A stretch of 64,000 bases of DNA. Source: Acidobacteriota bacterium (lineage in GTDB: Bacteria; Acidobacteriota; UBA6911). The position numbers were made by a program, and so were the translations under genes. This document shows positions 29,159-39,172 of this stretch, one piece after another (within the stretch, counting starts at the first letter, position 1; every line of letters begins with the position of its first letter). The notes beneath the pieces are model-generated. The model was given only the letters and a program-made list of their open reading frames with translations. It searched no databases and had not been told where the DNA came from. The DNA is taken from assembly GCA_963664705.1 (NCBI GenBank), contig OY761556.1:64001-128000 (forward strand). The letters are read 5' to 3'.

Positions 29159-29704
29159 TCAGGCGAGAACGATCGTTGCAGCCTTAACGTAATCCATATT
29201 GGGGAACTGCTCCGACAGGTATTCATTTCCCCTCATCTGAATCTGTCCCTGGTTGGGGCGCTCGCCGTATTCACTGGTAATAGCCTCCACAACTTCCATC
29301 CCCTTGCTTACTTTGCCGAAGGGCGTGAATCCCTGCGGATCGAGGAAGCTGTTGTCCCCAAAATTGATGAACAGCTGCGTCGTTCGCGTGTTGGGTCCGG
29401 CAGTGGCGAAGGTCAAAGTTCCGCGCTGATTGGATTGGCCGCGTTTGTCGTCCTGTATGTTTGCAGATCGCCAGATCTTGCTGATGCCGGGGTCGCCGTT
29501 GATTCCAAACTGTACAATGAAGCCCTCGACAACCCGGAAAAACCGGCAGCCATCGTAGAGCCCGTTCTTTACCAGATTAAAAAACCGGTCGGCTCCATTG
29601 GGAGCCCATGCCCGGGTTACATCCACAACGAACTCGCCTTTTGTCGTTTCAAATTTGGCCTGAAAAGTTTCAGGTGCTGTCTCGTTCAATTCAGCAGGGT
29701 TCAT
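29159..29704 (-). CDS. Cyclophilin-type peptidyl-prolyl isomerase (cytoplasmic)
   Basis: FFRVV.GFIVQFG, FATAGPNTRTTQLFIN, FTPFGKV. Confidence 0.95.
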   Translation of the reverse strand: MNPAELNETAPETFQAKFETTKGEFVVDVTRAWAPNGADRFFNLVKNGLYDGCRFFRVVEGFIVQFGINGDPGISKIWRSANIQDDKRGQSNQRGTLTFATAGPNTRTTQLFINFGDNSFLDPQGFTPFGKVSKGMEVVEAITSEYGERPNQGQIQMRGNEYLSEQFPNMDYVKAATIVLA

Positions 29705-29842
29705 TCTTTCTCCTTATTGAGATTTATGCACCCTACTGACCGGCGGCCAATCCGGGCGCGGTTGCGTGATAAAGTCGGAAAGACCCAGCGAGCCATCGGA
29801 ACTCGTGGTTGTGCCAATGTCCAATGGCTCGCAAAAAGGTTT

Positions 29843-30478
29843 TTACTTTGCAGGCGCGACGATTGTTGCCGCCTTGATAAAGTCGAGATTCGGGAAAGCC
29901 TTCTGCAGATAGGCATTTCCCTGCATCTGAATCTGACCCTGATCCGGCTTTTCACTGTATTCATTATTGATGGCGTCGACAATATCCATTCCCTTGCTTA
30001 CCTTGCCAAAAGGCGTGAATCCCTGGGAATCCAGAAATGTATTGTCTTTGAAATTAATGAATACCTGGGTTGTGCGCGTGTTGGGTCCGGCCGTTGCAAA
30101 CGTGATATATCCGCGCAAGTTGGACTGCTTTGGCTTGTCATCCGGGATGTTCGCGGCGCGCCAGGCTGCGCTGACTTTCGGATTGCCATTGATTCCGAAC
30201 TGAACCATAAAGTTCTTCACGACGCGGAAGAACCGGCAATTGTCATAGCCGCCATTCTTGACGAAATTATAGAAACGGTCGGAGCCGTTCGGAGACCATG
30301 ATCTGGTGACGTCAACGATGAATTCACCCTTGGAGGTGTCAAATTTCACCTGGTATTTTTCGGGCGACTGTTCGGTCAGCTGAGCCGGTGCCATCAGTTT
30401 TGCAGCATCCTGGCCAACCGCCAGTACCGCTACAAGCGCCAGAGCCAGAATAGAGAGGGGCAGTACCTTAGAACGCAT
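29843..30478 (-). CDS. Cyclophilin-type PPIase with signal peptide
   Basis: MRSKVLPLSILALALVAVLA signal peptide; same cyclophilin motifs; RBS AAGGAG. Confidence 0.95.
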   Translation of the reverse strand: MRSKVLPLSILALALVAVLAVGQDAAKLMAPAQLTEQSPEKYQVKFDTSKGEFIVDVTRSWSPNGSDRFYNFVKNGGYDNCRFFRVVKNFMVQFGINGNPKVSAAWRAANIPDDKPKQSNLRGYITFATAGPNTRTTQVFINFKDNTFLDSQGFTPFGKVSKGMDIVDAINNEYSEKPDQGQIQMQGNAYLQKAFPNLDFIKAATIVAPAK

Positions 30479-30761
30479 TGAATTCTCCTTTTCTCGAGGA
30501 TAGTTAAATAACTCCAAAGGATAAAGTTTCCGTCGGAGTGCGCCAAAACTCAAGGAAAAAGGTCCGAAGCAATTTCGAAGTCGGATGTCGGCGCCAAATG
30601 CGCTGACCGGGCTTTTCCCCGGCCCAGTTTCCTCGTTTTCTTCTTGCCGGGCAGCGCCTTCCAACGCCCGTTTTAAGGGAATCGGCAGAGCAGACCTTGA
30701 CAATGGTCCCTGAATGTGGAGAATGCAGACTCAATTCAGATAGAGCGGTGCTGGAGGCGAG

Positions 30762-31526
30762 TTGCAGGACATTGTGGGTGTAGGGTTCAGGGTATTGCTG
30801 GCTTTCTCGCTGGCCTGGCTAGGCGGGCTGATCAGTTCGCTATTTGCCATATCGCATCAGCGACTGTGCCGTCTTATCAGCTTTGCTGCGGGCAGTTTAC
30901 TGGGCGTAACCCTTTTTTCCATCCTGCCGGAAACGTTCGAAGCCATGTCCCTTTTGCAGTTGCTGGTGGCCTTCGGTTCCGGCTACGTGGTTTTTTTTCT
31001 TGTCAGCCATTATGTCTTCCACGTTTGCCCCGCCTGTGCCGCAAGTCATTTTGATGAAGCCACAACGCATCGGTTCAGCGAGATAGCCAGTGCCATGGTC
31101 ATTGCATTGGGATTGCACAGTACAATGGACGGCCTGGCGCTGGCGTTGGGAAAAGAAGCCGAAATGGCCGGCGGCCTGGATGCCTCTCTGTTGCTCGCTG
31201 TCTGCGTGCACAAAGTTCCGGAGGGCCTGGCGCTGTGCGCGCTGCTTCTTGCTTCCGGTTTCAAACGACGGGTTGCCCTGACATGGGTGGCAGCCGTAGA
31301 GGCCACTACGTTGATGGGTGGTGCTATCGGTTTATGGGTTGTCCCCCACATTTCCGGCGTCTGGCTGGATCTCATCCTCGCACACGTTGGCGGCGGCTTC
31401 ATCTTCCTCGCGTTTCACGCTGTTTTCGGTGAACTCATGAAGCACAGCCGATCCGCGGTGATTGTCAGTTTTGCTTCAGGCATTGCGGCCATCGGCATCC
31501 TCAACCTGGTCCTCAGATATCTATAG
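30762..31526 (+). CDS. ZIP family metal transporter
   Basis: FAAG.LL.....ILPE, LHSTMDG, HKVPEG, GGGFIF; HVCPAC loop. Confidence 0.9.
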   Translation: MQDIVGVGFRVLLAFSLAWLGGLISSLFAISHQRLCRLISFAAGSLLGVTLFSILPETFEAMSLLQLLVAFGSGYVVFFLVSHYVFHVCPACAASHFDEATTHRFSEIASAMVIALGLHSTMDGLALALGKEAEMAGGLDASLLLAVCVHKVPEGLALCALLLASGFKRRVALTWVAAVEATTLMGGAIGLWVVPHISGVWLDLILAHVGGGFIFLAFHAVFGELMKHSRSAVIVSFASGIAAIGILNLVLRYL

Positions 31527-31727
31527 CCCTTTCACTCCACCGCTGCGGACAACGAATCGTCCATCGTAAATCGTCAATTGATTGCCTTCCCTGCCCTGAG
31601 TATGATGGTCCCGCATCAATCCAATAGCTCAGACTGGGATGAACCAGGAATGATAAATGTTTTTGTTGCCGGATAAATGGAGAGGACATTTGATGAATGC
31701 CGAATGTCGATTTATCCAGTGATCTCA

Positions 31728-31767
31728 ATTCGTCATTCGTCATTCGTCATTCGTAATTCGTAATTCG
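31728..31767 (+). repeat. Heptamer tandem array (ATTCGTC)3(ATTCGTA)2ATTCG
   Basis: Read directly; ends 16 bp before ATG 31784. Confidence 0.95.
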
Positions 31768-31783
31768 ATATAAGGGGGGTGTA

Positions 31784-32896
31784 ATGCGGATAAAGCTAAT
31801 TGCTCTGACAGTAATCTCAATATCGTTGTTGTTCGTTGCGGCATGTCAAAGTCCCAGCCCGGAGAGTACTGCCCCTAAAAGTGAGGCGCCAAAGACCAGC
31901 AGCGCTCCGGCAAAATGCGATCGGGCATGCCTGGAGAAATATATCGATCAATACATGGATGCCATGCTGGCGCACACCGTGAGTGATGCTCTTTTTGCAA
32001 AGAATTGCCGGTTCACTGAAAATGGCGTGCAGTTGCCTTTGGGGAACGAGGGACTCTGGGCAAGCATGGTGGGGAAGGGGACCTACAAGTTCTATGTCCC
32101 GGATGTTGAAACCCAGCAAGTCGCCTTTATTGGTACCGCCCGGGAAGAAGCGCAAAACCCGAAGGAAACATCTCCGGTGGCAGTTGCCATTCGGCTCAAA
32201 ATTGAGAATGAAAGAATTTCTGAGGCGGAGCAGCTTGTTATCCGGCCGGAAAGCAACCTGTTGAATCCGGGGGCCAAGCGTGGACCTTCTGCTGCAGAGA
32301 ATATGGAGAAGATGGGCGCTCCGAATCCGATCTTCACGGAAGTAATACCTGAAGCCGAACGTCCGTCCCGTGAAGAGATGATCAAAACCGCGAATTACTA
32401 TTTTTCCGGCATGCAGAAGAATGATGGGAAAGGATTTTATCCTTTCACGGATGATTGTGATCGCTACGAGAATGGGAGCAGGGCGACGAATATTCCCCTG
32501 AAACCGGGAGAAAAGAAGCCCGATCCCAAGACGTCGACCGTCTACTCGAGCGCATGGGGCTGCAAGGAGCAGTTCGAATCCGGTCTTATTCATTTCGTGA
32601 GCCGAATCCGCGATCGCCGATTTGTTGCGGTCGATCAGGAACGGGGCATTGTATACAGTTTTGGATTCTTCGATCATGGTGCAGGCCAGACGCGTCGCTT
32701 CAAAACGCTGGACGGCCGAGATGTGGTGGAAGGTCCGGCTGAACCCTGGACTTGGCAGATTGCGGAATTATTCAAAGTCGAAAAGGGCAAGATCCGACGG
32801 ATTGAGGCGGTATTGCAACGATGCCCCTACGGCATGAATTCCGGCTGGAGCACCTACGAAAAAGGTTTATCGGACGAGATCCAAATCATCAAGTAA
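31784..32896 (+). CDS. Uncharacterised lipoprotein (two SnoaL/NTF2-like halves), paralog 1
   Basis: Lipobox FVAAC; CDRACL; internal repeat CRFTENG / CDRYENG. Confidence 0.75.
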   Translation: MRIKLIALTVISISLLFVAACQSPSPESTAPKSEAPKTSSAPAKCDRACLEKYIDQYMDAMLAHTVSDALFAKNCRFTENGVQLPLGNEGLWASMVGKGTYKFYVPDVETQQVAFIGTAREEAQNPKETSPVAVAIRLKIENERISEAEQLVIRPESNLLNPGAKRGPSAAENMEKMGAPNPIFTEVIPEAERPSREEMIKTANYYFSGMQKNDGKGFYPFTDDCDRYENGSRATNIPLKPGEKKPDPKTSTVYSSAWGCKEQFESGLIHFVSRIRDRRFVAVDQERGIVYSFGFFDHGAGQTRRFKTLDGRDVVEGPAEPWTWQIAELFKVEKGKIRRIEAVLQRCPYGMNSGWSTYEKGLSDEIQIIK

Positions 32897-32948
32897 TTGA
32901 CGATGTACGATTGACGAATGCAACTAAGACGCCCGGGCATGCCTTTCA

Positions 32949-33001
32949 ATTCGTCATTCGTCATTCGTCATTCGTCATTCGTCATTCGTAATTCGTAATT
33001 C
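32949..33001 (+). repeat. Heptamer tandem array (ATTCGTC)5(ATTCGTA)2ATTC
   Basis: Read directly; just upstream of paralog 2. Confidence 0.95.
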
Positions 33002-33016
33002 TGTATGGGGGTTCGG

Positions 33017-34105
33017 ATGAAACGATCTGTCATTGCACTGATCCTGGTTTCTGCGCTTTTTTTCGTCGCCTGCCAAGGCAATGCCCCACAGAGTGCCGTT
33101 CCTCAAACGGTCAGTACTCAGGCTCCCTGTGATCGTGCCTGCCTTGAAAAATACATCGACCAGTATATGGATGCGATGCTCTCGCATGAGCCTGGTCCAG
33201 CGCTCTTTGCCAAGGATTGCCGGTTTACGGAGAACGGGGTTCGACTCCAGCTCGGGGAGGGCCTTTGGTCCAGCATGGCAGGGAAAGGGACTTACAAGTT
33301 CTATATTCCGGATGTGGAGACCCAACAGATTGCGTTCCTGGGCACAGCGCGGGAGGAAGGGTACAAACCGGGGGAAGGGATCCCGGTTACCATAGCGCTG
33401 CGTCTGAAGATACAGAATAGCCGGATCAGTGAAGCGGAACAGCTCGTGTTCAGGGCACAGAACAATCTGTCTGGAGGCGCTCTCGCTTATCTTTCGGAGG
33501 CCGCTGCACAGTTTGAAAAAATCGGGTCTCCGGATAAGGTATATGCCGAAGTGATCCCGGAAGCAAAAAGGCCGCCGCGGGAGGAACTGATCAAAACCGC
33601 GAACTATTATTTCTCCGGGCTCCAGCTGAATGATGGCAAAGGATTCTATCCTTTCACGGATGATTGTGATCGGATCGAAAACGGTGAACTGGCAACCAAT
33701 GTTCCGCTAAAGCCGGGAGAGAAAAGGCCGGATCCGCGAACTGCGGACATGTATTCGAGTGCGTGGAGCTGCCGGGAGCAGTTCGAATCCGGGCTGGCAC
33801 GCTTTATAACCCGTATCCGAGACAGGCGTTTCGTGGCGGCAGACCGCGAGCATGGCGTGGTGTTCAGCTTTGCCTTTTTCGATCATGCCGCCGGAAAGAC
33901 CCGGCGCTACAAAACTCCCAGTGGCCGCGATATCGTCGCCGGCCCTACCGAGCCGTGGACATGGCAGATTGCCGAGCTTTTTAAGGTTGACCAAGGAAAG
34001 ATCCGCCGGATTGAGGCTGTCATGCAAAAAGTCCCGTATGGGATGAATTCCGGCTGGAGCGGCTACGAGCAGGGTATGTCGGATCAGATTCAGATCGTTA
34101 AGTAA
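33017..34105 (+). CDS. Uncharacterised lipoprotein, paralog 2
   Basis: Lipobox FFVAC; long blocks identical to 31784-32896 (CDRACLEKYIDQYMDAML, EPWTWQIAELFKV). Confidence 0.75.
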   Translation: MKRSVIALILVSALFFVACQGNAPQSAVPQTVSTQAPCDRACLEKYIDQYMDAMLSHEPGPALFAKDCRFTENGVRLQLGEGLWSSMAGKGTYKFYIPDVETQQIAFLGTAREEGYKPGEGIPVTIALRLKIQNSRISEAEQLVFRAQNNLSGGALAYLSEAAAQFEKIGSPDKVYAEVIPEAKRPPREELIKTANYYFSGLQLNDGKGFYPFTDDCDRIENGELATNVPLKPGEKRPDPRTADMYSSAWSCREQFESGLARFITRIRDRRFVAADREHGVVFSFAFFDHAAGKTRRYKTPSGRDIVAGPTEPWTWQIAELFKVDQGKIRRIEAVMQKVPYGMNSGWSGYEQGMSDQIQIVK

Positions 34106-34157
34106 TTGCGAATGACGAATGGACCCACACGGACCGGGTCATTCGTCATTCGCAATT
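34104..34157. terminator. Hairpin built from inverted heptamer units between convergent genes
   Basis: AATTGCGAATGACGAATG...CATTCGTCATTCGCAATT followed by TTT. Confidence 0.7.
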
Positions 34158-34164
34158 TTTCGGC

Positions 34165-35841
34165 TTAGGAACCGCTGGAGAGAACAGCTGCGGCCTGTGA
34201 ATGGCCGTTTCCGGCCAGGCGCTCTTTCGCTTCTTCCCTCAATTTGAACTTCTGCACTTTACCGCTTGCGGTCAACGGGTAGTCATTTGTGAAAAAGATG
34301 AATTTGGGAATTTTGTACCGCGCGATTTTCCCGCGGCAGAAATCCTGAATTTCGCTCGGCTCCAGAACGGCGCCTTCGTGCAACTGGACAAACGCGGCGG
34401 CTTCTTCGCCGTATTTTTCGCTGGGTACGGCAACGATCTGAACGTCTCGGATGCTCTGGATCCCCCGCATGAAATCTTCCACTTCCTTCGGGTAGATGTT
34501 TTCGCCTCCGCGGATGATCACGTCTTTCAGCCGGCCGGTGATACGGATGTAGCCATCCTCATCTTCGACCGCCTGATCGCCGGTCCGGAGCCATCCGTCC
34601 GGGCTGATGGCCTCAGCCGTCTGCTGCGGCAGCTTATAATATCCCTTCATGGTGTTGTATCCGCGGGAGCAGAGCTCTCCGTGTTGTCCCGGGGGAAGCG
34701 TTTGACCGGTTTCCGGATTGATGATTTTTACTTCCACTCCGTCGAAGGCTTTTCCAACGGTTGAAACTCTCACCTGAACCGGATCATCTGTCCGTGTTTG
34801 GGTAATGCCTGGAGAGGCTTCGGTCAGCCCGTAGACGATCGTGATTTCACGACAGTTCATCTTGTCCATCACGCGCTCCATAACCGGTTCCGGACAGGGC
34901 GAGCCTGCCATGATTCCGGTTCGCAGCGAGGACATATCGAACATGTTGAACATCGGATGTGTCAGTTCAGCGATAAACATCGTGGGAACGCCGTACAGCG
35001 CCGTGCAACGTTCTTTCTGCACAACGGCAAGCACCATCAGCGGATCGAATGTCTCCAGTGGACAGACGGTGGCGGAGTGGGTGAGGACCGCCATAACTCC
35101 CAGGGTAATGCCGAAGCAGTGAAACAGAGGCACCGGGAGGCACAGTCGGTCTTCTCCCGTGAAGCGCTGGCGATCGCCGATCGACAATCCGTTATTGATG
35201 ATCCCGTAGTGGGTAAGCATTACACCCTTCGGGAAGCCGGTGGTTCCTGATGTGTATTGCATGTTTACGGTGTCATGCGTGTCGAGGCTTGTCTTTACCT
35301 TGCTAAATTCCTGATCGCTCGGTTTGCCGGGGGCATCCATAACCTCATCAAAGCTGTACATCCCTCGATGCTGGCGGGGGCCGATATAAACCACGGTTTT
35401 CAGGAAAGGGAAGCGCGCACTTTCCAGCTGGCCTTTCGGCATCGTCTTTAGTTCCGGTACCAGGTCGTAGACCGCCTGCACATAATCGGTATCGCGGTAG
35501 CCATCGATTAAAAACAAAGCCTTCATGTCGGATTGCATGACCACGTATTCAAGCTCGGACGGCCGATAACTGGTGTTTACCGTTACCAGGATGGCTCCGA
35601 CGCGCGCGGTCGCGAAGAATACCGTGAGCCAATCAGGTACATTGGTGGCCCAAATTCCGACGTGATCCCCCTTGCGGATTCCCAGGGCATACATGCCTTT
35701 CGCAAGATCTTCTACACGGGCGTTAAAAGCGCGGTACGAGTATTTAAGGTCCCTATCCGAATAAACGACGGCATCACGTTCTGGATATTTTTGCGCGGTC
35801 TCTTCGAGCAAACCACCCACTGTACAGTTTAGGAATTCCAC
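34165..35841 (-). CDS. AMP-binding acyl-CoA synthetase (ACSF2/YngI-like)
   Basis: YTSGTTGFPKG, PLFHCFG, YGLTE, GRLKD.IIRGGEN, TASGK; GTG 35841 after GGAGG. Confidence 0.92.
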   Translation of the reverse strand: MEFLNCTVGGLLEETAQKYPERDAVVYSDRDLKYSYRAFNARVEDLAKGMYALGIRKGDHVGIWATNVPDWLTVFFATARVGAILVTVNTSYRPSELEYVVMQSDMKALFLIDGYRDTDYVQAVYDLVPELKTMPKGQLESARFPFLKTVVYIGPRQHRGMYSFDEVMDAPGKPSDQEFSKVKTSLDTHDTVNMQYTSGTTGFPKGVMLTHYGIINNGLSIGDRQRFTGEDRLCLPVPLFHCFGITLGVMAVLTHSATVCPLETFDPLMVLAVVQKERCTALYGVPTMFIAELTHPMFNMFDMSSLRTGIMAGSPCPEPVMERVMDKMNCREITIVYGLTEASPGITQTRTDDPVQVRVSTVGKAFDGVEVKIINPETGQTLPPGQHGELCSRGYNTMKGYYKLPQQTAEAISPDGWLRTGDQAVEDEDGYIRITGRLKDVIIRGGENIYPKEVEDFMRGIQSIRDVQIVAVPSEKYGEEAAAFVQLHEGAVLEPSEIQDFCRGKIARYKIPKFIFFTNDYPLTASGKVQKFKLREEAKERLAGNGHSQAAAVLSSGS

Positions 35842-35941
35842 TTCTGCCTCCACAAAAGCGTCTATGTTGACCGCGGATCTGTTTGCATGCAAGCTTTTTC
35901 TCAAAGCTCGCTCACCCATCGTTTGCGCTATACTTTGTCCC

Positions 35942-37156
35942 ATGAAACGATCCGGGTTTGCCGATCTCCCCCTTCACGGAGGAAGAGTGCCTCCGTGGCT
36001 CGCGGAGCGCATGACCGCCATGGGAACAGCCATTGTAGAAGCGATCCTGTACCACTATGGCCATTCCGCCCTGTTGTCCCGTATGGCCGATCCGTTTTGG
36101 TTCCAGGCGCTTGGTTCCGTCATGGGAATGGACTGGCACTCCTCCGGTATAACAACATCGGTAATGGGGGCGCTAAAGCGGGGCCTGGTATCAAAGTCTG
36201 ATGAACTGGGACTCTATATCTGCGGTGGAAGAGGCAAGCATTCCCGGAAGACCCCGGATGAACTGAGGGCCATTGCCGAGCGTAAGGGATTGGATGGGGA
36301 GCGCCTGGTGCAAACGAGCCGGTTGACGGCTCGCATCGACAATAATGCGATTGCCGATGGATTTCAGATTTACTTGCATACCCTGACTCTCAGTTCAAAA
36401 GGTGAATGGACGGTTGTTCAGCAGGGAATGAACGAACAGAGCGGCATGGCACGCCGATATCACTGGCATTCCGCGTCCGTCAAAGATTTCACCTCCGAAC
36501 CCCATACCGGAATTGTGGGGGAGCATCAAGGCACCATTCTGAATCTGGTTGACGCCGAGGCCAAAGCTGCGCAGGCGGCACTCCTTGCAATTGCAAAGGA
36601 ACACCCGGACTCAACCCTGAAAACAGCCCGTCAATTGCTGGTTCCGAGGCGACACGACGTCAGAGCCGAGGATGTTGACCTGAAGCGGTTGGGTGCCGTA
36701 TTGGCGGTTGCGTATGAACGGGATTTTCGTGATTTTGCCTCTCTTCTTCTTCTGGAAAATCTTGGGCCCCGGACCCTCCAGTCACTCGCACTGATTGCCG
36801 AAGTTGTTCACGGAGCCCCCACGCGCTTCTCCGATCCGGCGCGTTTTTCTTTCTCTCTGGGAGGTAAGGACCGCCACCCCTTCCCTGTGCCATTGAAAAC
36901 GTATGACGAATCCATCTCTGTGCTCCGGACATCGCTGGATAGGGCAAAGGTGGGAGATAATGAAAAGCTGGAGGGCTTTCGCCGGCTTGAGCGATTTTCC
37001 CGCACAATCGAAGAACGGTTCGATCCCCGGGCCGATTTTCACGCGACGATTGTCCATGAAAAGGCCATCTCATCGCAGTATGGCGGAAGAAGCGTCTTTG
37101 ATGATGTGAAGAAAAGATCCGATAAGCGCAAATCGAGGCAACTCACCCTATTTTGA
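35942..37156 (+). CDS. DUF763-like protein
   Basis: ADLPLH.G.VP.WL, GMDWHSSG.TT, W.VVQQGM, ARRYHW, GGKD.HP.PV. Confidence 0.85.
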   Translation: MKRSGFADLPLHGGRVPPWLAERMTAMGTAIVEAILYHYGHSALLSRMADPFWFQALGSVMGMDWHSSGITTSVMGALKRGLVSKSDELGLYICGGRGKHSRKTPDELRAIAERKGLDGERLVQTSRLTARIDNNAIADGFQIYLHTLTLSSKGEWTVVQQGMNEQSGMARRYHWHSASVKDFTSEPHTGIVGEHQGTILNLVDAEAKAAQAALLAIAKEHPDSTLKTARQLLVPRRHDVRAEDVDLKRLGAVLAVAYERDFRDFASLLLLENLGPRTLQSLALIAEVVHGAPTRFSDPARFSFSLGGKDRHPFPVPLKTYDESISVLRTSLDRAKVGDNEKLEGFRRLERFSRTIEERFDPRADFHATIVHEKAISSQYGGRSVFDDVKKRSDKRKSRQLTLF

Positions 37157-37234
37157 TCCCAATCGGAGTTATCCCCATTTCCCTTTTTTAGCGTTGAGGG
37201 CGTGACCCCAAAAGTGAAAAAGGGATGGTCTGGA

Positions 37235-39031
37235 CTAAACTTCAAGGCCGATGGAACGCATCAATTCCAGGGCGTTGCTTTTTCGGACAATTCCGGGAAG
37301 CAGGTGGTAATCGAAGACCATCCGGCCATCCTCAATGTGATCCTCAAAATGGACATTGACGGCATGGGGGGCGAGCACGTCCGCAATGTGAGCCAAAGCC
37401 AGATCATGTGTGGTAAGCAAGCCGATGGCTCCTTTGCGCACGAGTCCCTTAATCACGGCCTCGGCGCCGATTCTGCGATCATGAGAGTTGGTTCCATGAA
37501 GCAGTTCATCCAACAGGAACAGCAGCGGAATCGAGCCGTCGGCAATAGCTACGAGTTTCCGGAGTCGCGTAATCTCCGCATAAAATCTTGAGGTGCCGCT
37601 GTGCAGTGAATCCATAACGCGAATGGATGCCCCGAGGGCCAGTGGAGTAATCCGCAGTTGATGGGCCCTAACCGGAGCTCCGGCCAGAGCCAGTACGGCA
37701 TTGATCCCCACGGTACGCAGGAGCGTACTCTTGCCCGACATATTGGATCCGCTAATGACAAATACCTGAATGTCTCCGGTAAGATGGACATCATTGCGAA
37801 TACACCCTCTTTCGGGAATCAGAGGGTGACCGAGTCCCTCGCCTTCAAAGCGGAGTCCTTCCTCGGATATTTCGGGGAACGGATCGTCCGGATGCTCATA
37901 GGAATATCCGGCAAGAGAAGAGATCGCCTCCAGTTCCGCCACGGCTGAGAGCCAGGTGGCGATGGAGCGTCCATGATTTTTTCGCCAGTCCTCAACGAGA
38001 TATGCGAGCTGCACTTCCCACAACAAAACCAGGGCGATCGGGGCGAAAAGTGCATTTCTCCTGGAATCGAGCAGCACGATGAGTCGGTTGAGACGCGAAA
38101 TCAGCCTGGAGGGAGGTGTTCCGGCGGAATCCAGCCTGGAGCGCAGCATTTGCAAATGAGATGTCTTGAAGGATTCTCTTTCCAGACGGTCAAGAATGGA
38201 AGAGAGCAGTTCAAGATCACGGCCCGCACTTTCAACGGCAAGGACAATGGGGCCAATCGTGTGTCTGTGCAAAAACACAAAAAGCAGCTGGATAAGGATG
38301 CCAAGAAGGAACCACTGGTGATATCCGGTTGCGATCCACACTCCGATGGATGCCAGGACCAGGCATGTCAGAATTGCAGCCAGGATCCGTATTGAATTTG
38401 ATCGAAAGCGCGCGGGGGCTTCGCCCCAGCGGATCAGCGGCTCTGGATGGACTCCTGTCCTTACTTCCGTCCCCAGCACGGCCAGGTCTTCGCGTAGATC
38501 CAGATCGGAGCGAAGTTCCTTTACGGCTTCCTGTCTGCTTCTGATTCCGCCGGCATCGGCGGGTGCTTTCAGCCAATGAGCGAGCAGCGATTCTCCCGCA
38601 TGGGTGCGCGCGCTGCACAACAGCTCAAAGAGCGAACCTTTGCCGAACAGGTCCAGGTCATCCGCATAAGGATGATCCGGATCTTTGAACCGGTCGCCTG
38701 CCTCTCCCGATCCTTCCCATTTCTCGTCGAGCCTTGCAATGCCACGGGCATAGAAGTCCGCGGCACGGCCGCGCTTCTGCAGTTTCTGAAGAACGCTGCC
38801 ATGCCATGCCACTAATCCGATGAAAACAAAAAAGGGGAAAATAAGATACCAGGGCGAGATCAGTTCGGATTTGAATGCAAACCAGGCGAGGATTGCGGCG
38901 ACGATAAACGTGAGAAGCCGCAGGTTGCCGATTTGGTGATGCCGGGCATCCAATTTAGCGGCGGAGTGCCGTCTTTGTTCCAGTCGCCTGCAATATTCGG
39001 ATCTAGGGTCTGAACTCATTCGCAATTCCAT
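37235..39031 (-). CDS. Membrane-anchored MutS-family ATPase (domain V only)
   Basis: GSNMSGKST, DSL..G.SRFYAE, LLDELL.GTN, TTHD; N-terminal TM segments, no mismatch-binding domain. Confidence 0.88.
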   Translation of the reverse strand: MELRMSSDPRSEYCRRLEQRRHSAAKLDARHHQIGNLRLLTFIVAAILAWFAFKSELISPWYLIFPFFVFIGLVAWHGSVLQKLQKRGRAADFYARGIARLDEKWEGSGEAGDRFKDPDHPYADDLDLFGKGSLFELLCSARTHAGESLLAHWLKAPADAGGIRSRQEAVKELRSDLDLREDLAVLGTEVRTGVHPEPLIRWGEAPARFRSNSIRILAAILTCLVLASIGVWIATGYHQWFLLGILIQLLFVFLHRHTIGPIVLAVESAGRDLELLSSILDRLERESFKTSHLQMLRSRLDSAGTPPSRLISRLNRLIVLLDSRRNALFAPIALVLLWEVQLAYLVEDWRKNHGRSIATWLSAVAELEAISSLAGYSYEHPDDPFPEISEEGLRFEGEGLGHPLIPERGCIRNDVHLTGDIQVFVISGSNMSGKSTLLRTVGINAVLALAGAPVRAHQLRITPLALGASIRVMDSLHSGTSRFYAEITRLRKLVAIADGSIPLLFLLDELLHGTNSHDRRIGAEAVIKGLVRKGAIGLLTTHDLALAHIADVLAPHAVNVHFEDHIEDGRMVFDYHLLPGIVRKSNALELMRSIGLEV

Positions 39032-39172
39032 CCGCCAGGGGCATTTATTTCTTCACTGTTCCGGAAGCCTGATGCTAGATTGAGCGGATCAGGTTCAGCA
39101 TAAGTAAATCACAGCCGCGGAAGAATCTAAAATGCCATCTGGCGTTCCGGCGGCAATCGTGTGGAGGGCGCG

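Noticed and set aside
31728-33001. Heptamer arrays as CRISPR
   Set aside because: 7-bp tandem units with no spacers and no cas genes
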